Positions 1-11,055 are shown, counted from the first letter of the stretch. The stretch is 64,000 nt of DNA from Filomicrobium sp. (GCA_029287535.1 JARFQY010000048.1:7542-71541), one strand, 5' to 3'. Notes: generated by a model not told the origin, from the letters alone. Numbers and translations: made by a program.

Positions 1-112
1 GACAAACGGTGTCACTCAAAGCCGGTCGCGACGGCGCACTAATCTGGATCAAAACAGGTCATCTGCGCCACGTTCGCGCGCCAGGTGAATAGCCCACACG
101 GACGCGGCTGCA

Positions 113-1132
113 TTACTTCTCGGAGGCGGCCGCCTTGCACTGATAGGGGAAGATACATGCCCAATCAGACTTCATACTCACGACGACCCAGCCCCGCTTT
201 TCAGCCTCATCGAGGCCACGGTTGAGTTTGCCGATATGCGACTCGCGGTCGTAAGCAAACTCACGCTCGGCATCGTCATGGTGGATCAGCACACCAAGCC
301 GTGGGCCCTCTCCCGCGGTAACCCACTCCAGCATTTGAAAGTCACCATCGGAGTTTCCGAAGGCCGCGATCGGCCGCGTCCCGATGTGATAGTGGATACC
401 CACCGGCTTGCCTTCTTTGTCGTCGATGAAGTTCAGTTCCGGTAGCCGCGTGATGACGGGAGTACCATCCTTGACCTCATACTTGACCTTGATGCTGCTG
501 CCGACGATCTGATCCGGCGGTATGCCGTAAACGCTCTCCGCCCATGGCCGCATAAAGTCCATACCCCCGCCGGATACGATGTAGGTTTTGAAGCCGTTGG
601 CGCGCAGGTACGATAATAGCTCCAGCATGGGCTGATAGATCATGTCGCGGTAAAGCTTGCCGGTCTTCGGATTCCGAGCTCCGTTGATCCAAATCTCCAC
701 GACCCGCGCGAAGTCCTTCGAGGACATGCCCGTATGGGTCGCCATTATCAACTCCATGAGCCCGCGCTTTCCGGACTTGACGAGCGTATCCATGTCGTTG
801 TCCAGAACCGCTTTGAACGGTTGTTTATTCTTCCATTCCGGGTGTTTCGGTGCCAGCGCCTTCACTCTGTCGATAGCGAATGCCAGCTGGAAATAGATTG
901 GCTGCTCGGCCCACAGCGTGCCGTCATTGTCAAAAACCGCGATCCGTTCCGAAGGCTTCACGAATTCAAGCTCACCGGATGTCGTCACCTTCTTCACAAA
1001 GTCGGTGATCGCTTTCTTCGCGGGCCCTTCTTTCCATGAGGGCAGAGCATCCTTAGCAAGGGCTGATGGCGATATCGCCGCAATCGAATAGGCGACGACA
1101 GCTAATAAAATCAATGAAGACGTACGCAGCAT
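113..1132 (-). CDS. Exported HAD-superfamily hydrolase (phosphatase-like)
   Basis: 339-aa ORF with ATG at 1132. Signal-peptide-like N-terminus MLRTSSLILLAVVAYSIAAISPSALA. HAD motif I 'FDNDGTLW' (DxDxT) and a C-terminal acidic motif 'GNSDGD'. Confidence 0.75.
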   Translation of the reverse strand: MLRTSSLILLAVVAYSIAAISPSALAKDALPSWKEGPAKKAITDFVKKVTTSGELEFVKPSERIAVFDNDGTLWAEQPIYFQLAFAIDRVKALAPKHPEWKNKQPFKAVLDNDMDTLVKSGKRGLMELIMATHTGMSSKDFARVVEIWINGARNPKTGKLYRDMIYQPMLELLSYLRANGFKTYIVSGGGMDFMRPWAESVYGIPPDQIVGSSIKVKYEVKDGTPVITRLPELNFIDDKEGKPVGIHYHIGTRPIAAFGNSDGDFQMLEWVTAGEGPRLGVLIHHDDAEREFAYDRESHIGKLNRGLDEAEKRGWVVVSMKSDWACIFPYQCKAAASEK

Positions 1133-1387
1133 GACTCACCGTGAACAATAGACGTTGAAAAAAGACTCAAGGCAGCCCGAGACCGCAGTCTCGTCACACC
1201 AAAGAACTTACCAGTACGCCTAATCTAGTTGTCCGGCGCCGTCAAAGGCTCCCAACTGCGAACAGTCTGCCGAACTTGTCAGATGACAGGCGATCGCCCG
1301 TCCACACAAATCTTTGCCCCTTTAACTTTATGTCATCGGCCGGCGCTATCTGATTCATTGCTTTAGGGATTCGGCGGGAGAGACTGC

Positions 1388-2320
1388 ATGAGCGATGATG
1401 TCTTGGGCATAGGCATGTCTGTGCGATGCAACGACGCTGACTTCAAGGACCTGGCTCCGCAACTGGATCGGATCGAGCGGCTCGGCGTCGAATTCGTCGA
1501 AGTGCCGACCTTTGCGATGAACCTTTTGTGCGCGGGACGCGTGATCGAATCCAATCTCCGCGAAGCCAGAGCGATGATCACCGACCGTCCATTCATGGTC
1601 ACAGTACATGGACCGATCGGTATCAATCTGATGAGCCCGGAGCCATTTCACAACAGGCATCGTGACGTCTTGATGGCCTCCATCGAGGTCGCCGCCGCCC
1701 TTGAGGCCCGCCACTATGTACTGCACTCTGGCACTGTCGCCGAAAAGCCGGAGGCCGATTTGCGCAACGATTATCTGCGCCAGAGGGAGGCCCTTTTTGA
1801 AGCCGGCAACCTCGCCGCCCAGTACGGAATGACCCTTGCCGTCGAGAACGTCTATACCTATTCGCGCAACGAACGAACCGCGCTTCCCTCCGAGCTGGCC
1901 GCCGAGATCGCCGCTGTTGACCACCCCAATGTCAAGGCGTGCTTTGACGTCTCGCACGGTTTCATCAACGGCAACTTTCGGGGCGCGGATTTCCTCAACG
2001 AAGCCATGGCCCTGGCCCCCTTCGCCAAGCATCTGCACGTTCATGACTCTTTTGGCCGCCCGGTCGATGTCTTGACCTATTCTCGCGCTGAACGCCTTGC
2101 CTTTGGCATTGGCGATCTGCACATGCCGATCGGATGGGGGTCAATCCCCTGGGACCTTCTGATGGAGCGCCTTCGCTTCCACCCGGGCGTTATCTTCAAT
2201 ATCGAACTTGATCGGGCTTACTGGAGTGAGGCCGAAGCATGCGTGCAAGCGGTGCGGGAGCTCGCCGCCAAGGCGCGCACCACCTCGTCTTCGCAGCCGG
2301 AGATGACAACAGCAGGCTAG
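1388..2320 (+). CDS. Sugar phosphate isomerase/epimerase family protein (xylose-isomerase-like TIM barrel)
   Basis: 310-aa ORF with ATG at 1388. Family-like motifs 'HYVLHSG', 'LAVEN', 'DVSHG' and 'HLHVHD'. Divergent from the HAD gene. Confidence 0.65.
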   Translation: MSDDVLGIGMSVRCNDADFKDLAPQLDRIERLGVEFVEVPTFAMNLLCAGRVIESNLREARAMITDRPFMVTVHGPIGINLMSPEPFHNRHRDVLMASIEVAAALEARHYVLHSGTVAEKPEADLRNDYLRQREALFEAGNLAAQYGMTLAVENVYTYSRNERTALPSELAAEIAAVDHPNVKACFDVSHGFINGNFRGADFLNEAMALAPFAKHLHVHDSFGRPVDVLTYSRAERLAFGIGDLHMPIGWGSIPWDLLMERLRFHPGVIFNIELDRAYWSEAEACVQAVRELAAKARTTSSSQPEMTTAG

Positions 2321-2361
2321 CTGAGACCACGGCGAGCGAACCTGCCGCATCGCACCTGAGC

Positions 2362-4191
2362 TTAGCCCTTCTTCGCCGCGTCGCCGATGATTCTCAAAGA
2401 GAGTTCCCGCAGCTGCGCCGCCGTGGCTTCCGCCGGAGCTCCCATCAGCAAATCCTGCGCCTGCTGATTCATCGGGAACAATGATACTTCCCTGAGGTTC
2501 GCCGCACCGACCAACAACATGACGATCCGGTCGATGCCGGCGGCCATCCCACCATGCGGCGGCGGCCCATATTGGAATGCGCGGTAGAGCCCGCCGAAGC
2601 GTTCCTTCACGACGTCTTCCCCGAATCCGGAGTGGCCGAACGCGCTGAGCATGCTTTCGGGCAGGTGGTTTCGGATTGAGCCTGAAGCGATCTCCGAACC
2701 ATTGCAGGTCAGGTCATATTGCCAGGCTTTGAGCGCCAGCAGGTCTTCGTCGGTTTTCGCCGCCTCCAGAGCCTCAAGCCCGCCCTGCGGCATCGAGAAT
2801 GGGTTGTGAGAAAACTCGATGCGCTTCTCATCCTCATTCCACTCGTACATCGGGAAATCGACGATCCAGCACAGCGCGAACTGGTTTTCGTCAAGAAGCT
2901 TCAACTCCTGCCCGATCTTGTCACGTGCCGCGCCTGCGAACTTGTGGAAGTTCCGGGGGTTGCCTGCAGCGAAGAAGACCGCGTCTCCATTTTTGAGTCC
3001 AAGCTGGTCGCGGACAGCCGCGGCCCGTTCCGCTCCGATGTTCTTGCCGATCGGCCCGGCGCCCTCACCGTCTCGATAGAAAATGTAACCCAGCCCCGGC
3101 TGCCCTTCGCCTTGCGCCCAGGAATTCATCCTATCGCAGAAGGCGCGCGACCCGCCCGTTGGCGCCGGTATCGCCCACACCCGCACCTTCGGGTCCTTTT
3201 CGATCATGCCGGCGAAGACCTTGAAACCAGAACCACGAAATTGCTCTGTGACGTCCTGCATTTCGATGGGGTTACGCAAATCCGGCTTGTCGGAACCGTA
3301 CTTCGCGATCGCTTCGTCATAGGGGATCCGCGGAAACACGTCGGTCACCTGCTTGCCGTCCGCAAACTTCGCAAACACGGACCGGATGATCGGCTCCATT
3401 GTCTGGAAGATGTCCTCCTGCGTGACAAAACTCATCTCGACGTCAAGCTGGTAGAATTCTCCCGGCAGCCGGTCCGCGCGCGGGTCCTCGTCGCGAAAAC
3501 AGGGCGCGATCTGGAAGTAACGGTCAAAGCCCGACACCATCAGGAGTTGCTTATAAATCTGTGGTGCCTGCGGCAGGGCGTAGAACTTGCCCTCGTGCAG
3601 CCGCGACGGCACCAGGAAGTCCCGCGCGCCCTCCGGCGACGACGCCGTCAGGATCGGCGTCGCGAACTCGAAGAATCCCGCGTCCTCCATCTCCCGACGC
3701 ATAAAGCGGATCACTTCCATCCGGCGCATGATATTGGCGTGCAGGGTTTCGCGCCGGAGATCCAGAAACCGATACGTCAGACGCATATCCTCGGGGTAGT
3801 CCGGCTCCCCAAACACCGGGACGGGAAGCTCTTCAGCCTTCGCCAGAACCTCGATCTCGGTTGCAAAAACCTCAATCTCGCCGGTCGAAAGCTCCGGGTT
3901 CAGCGTGCCTTCAGGGCGTTCACGCACGCGCCCGTCGACACGTATGACCCACTCCGAACGCACCGTTTCGGCAGCCTGGAAAGCCGGACTGTCGGGATCG
4001 GCCACAACCTGCGTCACGCCATAGTGGTCGCGCAGATCAATGAACAACACGCCGCCGTGGTCACGGACCCGGTGCACCCAGCCAGACAGTCGGATCTGTG
4101 AGCCGATATCCCCCGAGCGCAAGGCCCCACAGGTATGCGAACGATACCGGTGAACCTCTGCGCCTGAACCCTTGCCGATCGCTTCAGCCAT
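2362..4191 (-). CDS. aspS: Aspartate--tRNA ligase
   Basis: Motifs '[12 protein letters not shown]', '[19 protein letters not shown]', class II motif 2 '[10 protein letters not shown]' and motif 3 '[14 protein letters not shown]'. Start placed at ATG 4191; the longest ORF extends to 4260. The V preceding HRYRSH is GTT, so it is not a start. Confidence 0.95.
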   Translation of the reverse strand: MAEAIGKGSGAEVHRYRSHTCGALRSGDIGSQIRLSGWVHRVRDHGGVLFIDLRDHYGVTQVVADPDSPAFQAAETVRSEWVIRVDGRVRERPEGTLNPELSTGEIEVFATEIEVLAKAEELPVPVFGEPDYPEDMRLTYRFLDLRRETLHANIMRRMEVIRFMRREMEDAGFFEFATPILTASSPEGARDFLVPSRLHEGKFYALPQAPQIYKQLLMVSGFDRYFQIAPCFRDEDPRADRLPGEFYQLDVEMSFVTQEDIFQTMEPIIRSVFAKFADGKQVTDVFPRIPYDEAIAKYGSDKPDLRNPIEMQDVTEQFRGSGFKVFAGMIEKDPKVRVWAIPAPTGGSRAFCDRMNSWAQGEGQPGLGYIFYRDGEGAGPIGKNIGAERAAAVRDQLGLKNGDAVFFAAGNPRNFHKFAGAARDKIGQELKLLDENQFALCWIVDFPMYEWNEDEKRIEFSHNPFSMPQGGLEALEAAKTDEDLLALKAWQYDLTCNGSEIASGSIRNHLPESMLSAFGHSGFGEDVVKERFGGLYRAFQYGPPPHGGMAAGIDRIVMLLVGAANLREVSLFPMNQQAQDLLMGAPAEATAAQLRELSLRIIGDAAKKG

Positions 4192-4392
4192 GATCGCTCT
4201 TGCCTCGAGTACGTTGGTCTTGTGGGCCCGGTGGCCCAAATCAACGCCGGAAAAGCGCACGCGTCATAAGCGATGTCAAGCCACGCAAGCGCCCTTTCAC
4301 ACCCCTCGGCAAGACACACTGATCCCCCGCGCGGCCCCTTCTCGCCTGAACAGGCGACAAATCGCCCGCGATGCGCTATAGCGCTGTTTAAC

Positions 4393-5550
4393 ATGACACC
4401 GATCTCAACCACCCCCGAACTCGCAGAGCTTTGCAGGGAACTGACCACCGCGGAATTCGTCACGGTGGACACGGAGTTCATGCGCGAGCAGACCTACTAC
4501 CCCAATCTCTGCCTGATCCAGGTCGCCAGCCCCGATACCGCGGCGACAATCGATCCACTGTCCCGAGACCTCGACCTGAAACCGTTCTGGGAGCTGATGG
4601 CGATCCGCGACCAGGTCAAGGTCTTCCATGCCGCCCGCCAGGACCTCGAGATCTTTCATATAGGATCGGGGTTCATACCCACACCGGTCTTCGACACCCA
4701 GGTTGCCGCCATGGTGTGTGGCTTTGGCGACCAGATCAGCTACGTCAACCTTGTTCGGTCCATTACGGGTGCACAGCTCGACAAATCCTCACGTTTCACC
4801 AATTGGTCGAAGCGACCGCTGACGGACAAGCAGCTCCATTATGCGCTCGGCGACGTCACTCATTTGCGCGATGTCTACCGTCACCTCAAGGCCGAATTGG
4901 AAAAGTCAGGCCGTGCCTCATGGCTCGATGAGGAAATGGCGACACTCACCGACACCTCGACGTACGAGCAGCATCCCGAACACGCCTGGCAGCGCCTCAA
5001 AGCAAAAGTCAAAAACCGTAGGGCAATGGCCGTTTTAATGTCGTTGGCTGAATGGCGCGAGCGCGCCGCGCAGAAGCAGAACGTCCCCCGGCAGCGCATA
5101 CTGCGCGACGATGCCCTCTACGACTTGTCCAACCTCGCGCCGCGCACAACCGACGAAATCGCCGGACTCCGCTCGCTGCCCGACGGCTTTTCTCGCTCGG
5201 CGCGCGCCAAGGAGATCGTCAGCGCGATCAAAGAAGGTCTTGATCGCGACATGGAAGGCGTTCCCCCGCTGCGCCAGGGACAGCCGCTTTCCGCTGAAGC
5301 ATCAGCCACACTGGAGCTCCTGAAAGTACTCCTGAAATCCTCCGCCGCCCGCCACGGCGTCGCGCCACGCCTCATCGCGGATGCATCCGAGCTGGAGAAA
5401 CTGGCCCGCCACGACAACCCTGACCTGCCGGCATTGAAAGGCTGGCGACGCGATCTTTTCGGTGCCGACGCGCTAAGCCTCAAGCGTGGGGAGCTGGCGC
5501 TGACACTCAGGGACGGCGATGTCTCCGTGATACCCCTGGGCCAACGCTAA
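4393..5550 (+). CDS. rnd: Ribonuclease D
   Basis: DEDDy exonuclease motifs 'VTVDTEFMRE', 'HAARQDLE' and 'HYALGDVTHL', plus an HRDC-like C-terminal half. Start at ATG 4393 (MTPISTT...), not the 4273 ORF start. Confidence 0.9.
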   Translation: MTPISTTPELAELCRELTTAEFVTVDTEFMREQTYYPNLCLIQVASPDTAATIDPLSRDLDLKPFWELMAIRDQVKVFHAARQDLEIFHIGSGFIPTPVFDTQVAAMVCGFGDQISYVNLVRSITGAQLDKSSRFTNWSKRPLTDKQLHYALGDVTHLRDVYRHLKAELEKSGRASWLDEEMATLTDTSTYEQHPEHAWQRLKAKVKNRRAMAVLMSLAEWRERAAQKQNVPRQRILRDDALYDLSNLAPRTTDEIAGLRSLPDGFSRSARAKEIVSAIKEGLDRDMEGVPPLRQGQPLSAEASATLELLKVLLKSSAARHGVAPRLIADASELEKLARHDNPDLPALKGWRRDLFGADALSLKRGELALTLRDGDVSVIPLGQR

Positions 5551-5947
5551 CCGCTTGCCGCCGACATTAAGCAGTGTCCGGATGGGGACCCGTGAAGAGC
5601 CCCGACCGCGCATGCGCGATTGTCTTTCACCGTGAGATCCGATTGCGCCGCTTCCACACCTGTGCACAATCTGAATGATGTTGGGCCGGATGGCACAGCT
5701 GATTTTAGCACCTGAAACATTCAAAGCAGAAGACAAGGGCATCCTCTGTTTTGCTGCGCAGCACTCCTACCCGCACGATCTACCTGGGCGTTGCGGCGCC
5801 CGCCATCCGCGTAGCAAACACCTCAAACGGAGCCCTGAAATCGGTCGCCTGTCGGTGGAAATGATGCAGTCTCGATGATCTCCAGGAGTTACCACGCAGT
5901 CGAAACGGTGTTGGCCCGGAGAATACTTCTAAAGAGTATTATGACTT

Positions 5948-6922
5948 ATGAGCGTACTTGAACAGATACAGGACCTTAAGGCTCGAATGCAGCGTTCGAT
6001 CATTGGCCAGGAAGAGGTGATCGATCGCTTGATCATTGGTCTTCTCGCCGACGGCAACCTTCTCGTTGAAGGTCTACCCGGCCTGGCAAAGACCCGTGCG
6101 ATCAAGAGCCTCGCCAAAAACCTCGCCGCCGAGTTTTCGCGCATACAGTTTACACCAGACTTGCTGCCAGCCGACGTAACCGGAACAGAGATATACTATT
6201 CAACTGGTGGCGAAGGTCAGTTCAAGTTTCAGCCGGGACCGATCTTCGGAAACATCGTGCTCGCCGACGAAATCAACCGGGCCCCCGCGAAGGTCCAGGC
6301 AGCCCTCCTCGAAGCCATGGAGGAACGTCAGGTCACGGTTGCCGGCACGACCCATGCAATGCCCGATTTATTCATGGTCATGGCAACCCAGAACCCCATC
6401 GAACAAGAAGGCACTTACCCGCTGCCAGAGGCGCAGATGGATAGATTCCTCATGCATATCATGATTGGCTACGGGGACGAGGCCGCCGAAGCGCAGGTGA
6501 TCCGCCTCGTGCGTCGCGAAAGCGCGCCGGAGACTGGTGACGAGAAGGAAGATCCAGCGCCAATTCCGCAGGACGTGATCTTCAAGGCCCGCGATGAAAT
6601 TGCGGGCATACATACGTCCGAGGCCATCGAGAACTATCTCGTCGACATCATTTTCGCGACCCGTTACCCCGAACGCTATTCCGACGAGCTGAAGCAATGG
6701 CTCGAAGTAGGTGCGAGCCCGCGCGGCGGCATCGGCCTTGATAAGTGCTCGCGGGCGCACGCGTGGTTGCAGGGCCGTGATTACGTGACGCCCGAGGATA
6801 TCCGCGCGGTGGTTCACAACGTCCTGCGCCACAGGCTGATCTTGAGTTACGAGGCCAATGCGGAGGGCATCACTGCCGATCTAGCGATCAAGGAAATCAT
6901 GTCCCAGGTCGCAGTGCCTTAG
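5948..6922 (+). CDS. moxR: MoxR-family AAA+ ATPase
   Basis: Walker A-like 'GLPGLAKT', 'VLADEINRAPAKVQAALLEAMEE' and 'ATQNPIEQEGTYPLPEAQMDRF'. First gene of the Bat-type operon. Confidence 0.9.
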   Translation: MSVLEQIQDLKARMQRSIIGQEEVIDRLIIGLLADGNLLVEGLPGLAKTRAIKSLAKNLAAEFSRIQFTPDLLPADVTGTEIYYSTGGEGQFKFQPGPIFGNIVLADEINRAPAKVQAALLEAMEERQVTVAGTTHAMPDLFMVMATQNPIEQEGTYPLPEAQMDRFLMHIMIGYGDEAAEAQVIRLVRRESAPETGDEKEDPAPIPQDVIFKARDEIAGIHTSEAIENYLVDIIFATRYPERYSDELKQWLEVGASPRGGIGLDKCSRAHAWLQGRDYVTPEDIRAVVHNVLRHRLILSYEANAEGITADLAIKEIMSQVAVP

Positions 6923-6996
6923 ACAAGGTGTCCCAATGAGAGATTCGCGAATCCAGCGACGAGCTTCAAACACCGCCACGAAGATGTGATAACGCA

Positions 6997-7929
6997 ATGG
7001 CTGATGGCGCCTACACGAACCTGAGTGCCCTTACGCGGCTCAAGTATCAGGCGAAACGGTTCTCGTTTCTTCCCCGCCAGCCTGTCCGCAGTCTTCTTGC
7101 CGGCCGCAAGGCATCCAGGCTCCGCGGGCGCGGATTGAATTTCGAAGAAATCCGCAACTACCTCCCAGGTGATGACATCCGCAGCATCGATTGGAAGGTG
7201 ACGGCCCGTATGCGCAAGCCGCACACCCGGGTCTACACCGAAGAGCGGGACCGCCCGACACTGCTCGTCATTGACCAGCGGGTTGGTATGTTCTTTGGAA
7301 GTCGCGTCACCATGAAATCGGTGACCGCGGCCGAGGTCGCCGCGTTGGCCGCCTGGCGGTCACTGGATGTCGGTGACCGGGTTGGCGCGATTGTCTTCAA
7401 TGACAGTGATACGGTGGTGGTCAAACCTCGGCGCAGCAGCAAAACCGTTATGCAGATTCTACAGGCGGTGGTTCAACAAAACACAGCCCTCAGCGCCAAT
7501 GGCACCACGCCTGCTGACCCGGGACGCCTCAACACCATCCTCGGCGAAGCCTGTCGGATTTCGACACACGACACCCTCGTTTGCATCATCAGCGACTTCC
7601 ACGGCAATGATGAAACGACGCGTCGGCTTCTCAATCGGCTGGCACGCCACAACGACATTATTGCCGCGTTTGTCTTCGACCCTCTGGAGGCCGAATTCCC
7701 GAACGCCGGCCATCTCGTTGCTGGCGATGGTACAAAGCAGATCGAGTTCAACTCAGCTGATGACAAGCTTCGCCGCGGGTTCGCCAAGGCCTTCGAAGAC
7801 CGGCTCGAGAAAGCCCGGCAGTTTCTGCTGCGCCGGCAGATACCGGTTCTGCCGTTGCGGACCGACCTGCCGGTTGTCGAACAAGTCGCAAAGCTCCTGG
7901 GCCACCCACCGCAAGGGAGGCAGCCATGA
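6997..7929 (+). CDS. DUF58 (VWA-like) protein, MoxR partner
   Basis: Signature 'LPGDDIRSIDWKVTARMRKPHTRVYTEER'. ATGA overlap with the next gene. Confidence 0.85.
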   Translation: MADGAYTNLSALTRLKYQAKRFSFLPRQPVRSLLAGRKASRLRGRGLNFEEIRNYLPGDDIRSIDWKVTARMRKPHTRVYTEERDRPTLLVIDQRVGMFFGSRVTMKSVTAAEVAALAAWRSLDVGDRVGAIVFNDSDTVVVKPRRSSKTVMQILQAVVQQNTALSANGTTPADPGRLNTILGEACRISTHDTLVCIISDFHGNDETTRRLLNRLARHNDIIAAFVFDPLEAEFPNAGHLVAGDGTKQIEFNSADDKLRRGFAKAFEDRLEKARQFLLRRQIPVLPLRTDLPVVEQVAKLLGHPPQGRQP

Positions 7930-8429
7930 GCGACAAGCAATCGCCAACAGAACTCTTCGGGTCGGACCGGATGTGGGGGCTCAAGGAGCTTCCCCTCCCC
8001 GATCCTGTCAGCTGGTGGCCGCAGACTGAGGGCTGGTACATCGTCGGCGGAATGATCCTGGCGGGCCTGTGTTACCTGATATGGCGTTTGTGGACGCGCT
8101 ACCGTGACAACGCGTACAGACGTGAAGGGTTGGCCGACCTGGAACGGATGGCCAATGACCCGGTGGCGCTCAAGGAACTGCCATTGCTGTTGAAGAAGTC
8201 GGCCTTGATGGCCGGGTCAAGACAACAGGTCGCCAACCTGAGCGGGCGGGCGTGGATTGAGTGGCTCAACGAGACCGCCGGCCAGGAGCTCTTCTCAATG
8301 GCCGATGCCGACAGCTTGGAGCAGTTGGCCTACGCACAACCCGGCCGCGCCTTCACCGACGGCAAGGTCGCCGGGCACCTGATCGAAGCGAGTAAAAGCT
8401 GGATGAGGATGCACCGTGCTTCAGCTTGA
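7926..8429 (+). CDS. DUF4381-like single-pass membrane protein
   Basis: 'PDPVSWWPQTEGWYIVGGMILAGLCYLIW' (WWP motif plus a TM segment). Positioned between DUF58 and the VWA genes, as in Bat operons. Confidence 0.7.
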   Translation: MSDKQSPTELFGSDRMWGLKELPLPDPVSWWPQTEGWYIVGGMILAGLCYLIWRLWTRYRDNAYRREGLADLERMANDPVALKELPLLLKKSALMAGSRQQVANLSGRAWIEWLNETAGQELFSMADADSLEQLAYAQPGRAFTDGKVAGHLIEASKSWMRMHRASA

Positions 8430-9405
8430 GTTCCCGTGGGCGTTAGCGCTAATTCCCCTTCCGCTACTTGTTTACTGGTTGGCGCCGGAGTTTCGCGATC
8501 AAGGAGAGGCCGTTCGGGTTCCTTTCTTTGTCCGCCTCGTGAACCTCACCGGCAGGGACCCGCAGTCGGGCGCCGTCGTGCAACGCAAGGGCGCCCTGCA
8601 ACTCGCGGTTGGCATTGCCTCGTGGCTATTGGTCGTCGCCGCTTTGACCAAACCGGTCTGGGTCGGAGAGCCGATCGTGCAGGAAAAATCGGCCCGCGAT
8701 ATGCTGCTGATTGTCGATCTCTCCCAGTCCATGGATGAAAAGGACTTCACAGGAGCTTCCGGCGAGAAAGTCTCCCGGCTGGAGGCGGTGAAGGAAGTCC
8801 TCCGTGATTTCATAGAACGGCGCGAGAAGGATCGGGTTGGACTTGCTGTATTTGGAAACGCCGCCTTCCCTCAGGCGCCGTTCACCGAAGACCATGCCAC
8901 CGTCATTGCGCTGCTGGACGAACTCAGCACCGGGATGGCGGGTCCGAAAACGATGATTGGGGACGCGATCGGGCTCGCCGTACGTTTGTTCGAAGCCAGT
9001 GACAAGCAAAGCAAGGTCGCCATTTTACTCACCGACGGGAATGACTCGGGCAGTCAGATGCCGGTTTCCCGTGCCGCGCAAATCGCCTCCGAAAACGGCA
9101 TCGTGATCCACACGATCGCCATGGGCGACCCAACGACCGTCGGCGAGCAGGAACTTGATACCGAAGCGCTCAAGAACATCGCCGACACGACTGGAGGCAA
9201 GTACTTTCTCGCCCTCGACAAGGATGCCCTTGAAAGCATCTATGCCGAACTCGACAGGCTTGCCCCGGAGCTGCTGGAAACGACCTCCTATCGCCCCAAG
9301 CATCAGCTGTTTTATTACCCATTGGCGGCGCTCGTGATCTGCATTCTGGCATTGGCCGCGGCAATGCTCTTGTCAGCTGCGCGGCGGGAGCAAGCACATG
9401 CTTGA
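8416..9405 (+). CDS. VWA-domain membrane protein (BatA-like)
   Basis: GTG start at 8416 overlapping the upstream gene. N-terminal TM segments. Intact MIDAS motif: 'VDLSQSM' (DxSxS), 'TMIGDAI' and 'LLTDGNDS'. C-terminal TM. Confidence 0.85.
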   Translation: MLQLEFPWALALIPLPLLVYWLAPEFRDQGEAVRVPFFVRLVNLTGRDPQSGAVVQRKGALQLAVGIASWLLVVAALTKPVWVGEPIVQEKSARDMLLIVDLSQSMDEKDFTGASGEKVSRLEAVKEVLRDFIERREKDRVGLAVFGNAAFPQAPFTEDHATVIALLDELSTGMAGPKTMIGDAIGLAVRLFEASDKQSKVAILLTDGNDSGSQMPVSRAAQIASENGIVIHTIAMGDPTTVGEQELDTEALKNIADTTGGKYFLALDKDALESIYAELDRLAPELLETTSYRPKHQLFYYPLAALVICILALAAAMLLSAARREQAHA

Positions 9406-10402
9406 ACAAAGCTTGGAGCAGTTCCATTTCCTCCGCCCGGCCTGGCTTCTAATAATCCCAGTCGCCGTCTGGTTGCACCTGCGCCTGAGCAGTCGTTATA
9501 ACGCGGCCGCCCAGTGGAAGGGCACGATCGCCCCCCATCTCATTGAGCATCTTGTCGTAGGTTCGCATGGGCGCTATCGGCTTCGGCCCTATCAGCTCAT
9601 GACTGCGGCGTTGGTCATTGCGTCGATTGCACTGGCCGGACCGACGTGGAGACGCGAGATCACACCCTTCACCCAGGACCGCGCGCCACTCGTGATCGCC
9701 CTCGAGCTCACGGCAACGATGCTTGCGACCGACCAGGCGCCAACCAGGCTTGAACGGGCCAAACACAAAATCCGCGACATCCTTGAACGCCGACAAGGCG
9801 CGCGCACCGCGCTAATCGCGTATGCCGGAAGCGCCCACGTGGTCCTACCGCTGACCGATGACGCCAATCTCATCGAGACCTATCTCGACTCCCTCGTACC
9901 TGCGATCATGCCACGCGAGGGGGATGACCCGTCGGCCGCTGAGCAGCTCGCCACCGACATCCTTTCCAAGCAGCCGACCGCGGGTACCATTCTATTCATC
10001 TCCGACGGAATTGATCGCACCCAGTCGTCGGCTTTTGTGGAGGCCCAAACAGACACCAACAACCAGCTCATCTTCCTGGTGGCTGGTCGCGATGCCACCT
10101 CTCCCGTCTCACCGGACGGAACGGATGGAAAGGACTTTGGCCTCGTCGACGGAAAGGCTCCGGGCGCCGACATCACGGGCATCGAGACTGTGGCTGATGC
10201 TGTCGGAGGGGCTGTCATCCGCATGACGCCGGACAATTCGGATGTCGACGCCGTGGCCCGTCAGATCCGAACCCAGCTGGTCAATACCATTCAAGATGAT
10301 GAGCGCTTCCAGTGGCACGACTTTGGCTACGTGCTGGTTTGGCCATTGGCATTCATCATCCTGTTGTGGGCGCGAAGAGGGTGGACGGTGCAATGGGGCT
10401 GA
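9398..10402 (+). CDS. VWA-domain membrane protein (BatB-like) with a degenerate MIDAS motif
   Basis: ATG at 9398 overlaps the upstream stop. VWA-like core 'LVIALELTATMLATD...RLERAK...FISDGID'. The DxSxS position reads ExTxT. Confidence 0.8.
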   Translation: MLEQSLEQFHFLRPAWLLIIPVAVWLHLRLSSRYNAAAQWKGTIAPHLIEHLVVGSHGRYRLRPYQLMTAALVIASIALAGPTWRREITPFTQDRAPLVIALELTATMLATDQAPTRLERAKHKIRDILERRQGARTALIAYAGSAHVVLPLTDDANLIETYLDSLVPAIMPREGDDPSAAEQLATDILSKQPTAGTILFISDGIDRTQSSAFVEAQTDTNNQLIFLVAGRDATSPVSPDGTDGKDFGLVDGKAPGADITGIETVADAVGGAVIRMTPDNSDVDAVARQIRTQLVNTIQDDERFQWHDFGYVLVWPLAFIILLWARRGWTVQWG

Positions 10403-11055
10403 ACATGCATAGGTTGGCTCTATTGACGCTGTTCCTCTTGGCGGGCCCGGCTGAAGCTCGGGCGGCAAGCTATTTGGATTGGTGGCTCACGCCCGATCAA
10501 CAAGGCCGCCTCTACTTCGAACGCGGCGAATTCGAGAAAGCAGCGCGCTCATTTGAAGACAAGCAGTGGAAAGCGGTTGCATTCTACAAGGCTGGCGACT
10601 TCACCAACGCTGCAGCACTGTTCCAGCAGATTGATACACCCGCGGGCCGCTTCTACCTGGGCAATGCCCTTGCCAAACAGGAGAAGCTGGCAGAAGCCGT
10701 GAGCGCCTACGAACAGGCTCTTGAGCTCAGACCCGACTTCCCGGAGGCAAAGTTCAATCTCGATTGGGTGCAAGGGCTGTTGGAGGTGGACAATAAGGAG
10801 TACGAAGACACCGGCGGGACCGGCGGAAAGCTTGGCGCCGATCGCATCGTCGTGGACGAACGCGGCGCCACAGCGAAGGGAGAAGTGTCGACGCAGGAGC
10901 TCAAGGCCCAAGAAGGGTTGTCCGACGAAGACCTCCGCAACATGTGGATGCGGCGCGTGCAAACCACGCCTGGCGATTTTCTGCGCCTCAAATTCAATCA
11001 TCAGCTCAACGCACAGGCCGATGATGAGTCTTTACCGGCGGAGGAGCAACAATGA
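10393..11055 (+). CDS. TPR-repeat exported protein (BatC-like)
   Basis: Start at ATG 10393 (or 10405), giving the signal peptide 'MHRLALLTLFLLAGPAEARA'. TPR-like 'AVAFYKAGDFTNAAALFQ' and 'LAEAVSAYEQALELRPDFPEAKFNL'. Confidence 0.75.
   Translation: MGLNMHRLALLTLFLLAGPAEARAASYLDWWLTPDQQGRLYFERGEFEKAARSFEDKQWKAVAFYKAGDFTNAAALFQQIDTPAGRFYLGNALAKQEKLAEAVSAYEQALELRPDFPEAKFNLDWVQGLLEVDNKEYEDTGGTGGKLGADRIVVDERGATAKGEVSTQELKAQEGLSDEDLRNMWMRRVQTTPGDFLRLKFNHQLNAQADDESLPAEEQQ

Noticed and set aside
1276-1289. TTGTCAGATGACAG, with Pho-box-like CTGTCAT half-sites, between the HAD phosphatase and TIM-barrel genes.
   Set aside because: The half-sites are inverted and abutting, whereas real Pho boxes are direct repeats with 11-bp periodicity. 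This does not fit the known Pho box architecture.
2719-4101. 460-aa ORF on the plus strand.
   Set aside because: It is entirely antisense to aspS and its translation is Arg/Leu/His-rich with no motifs. This is a typical high-GC shadow ORF.
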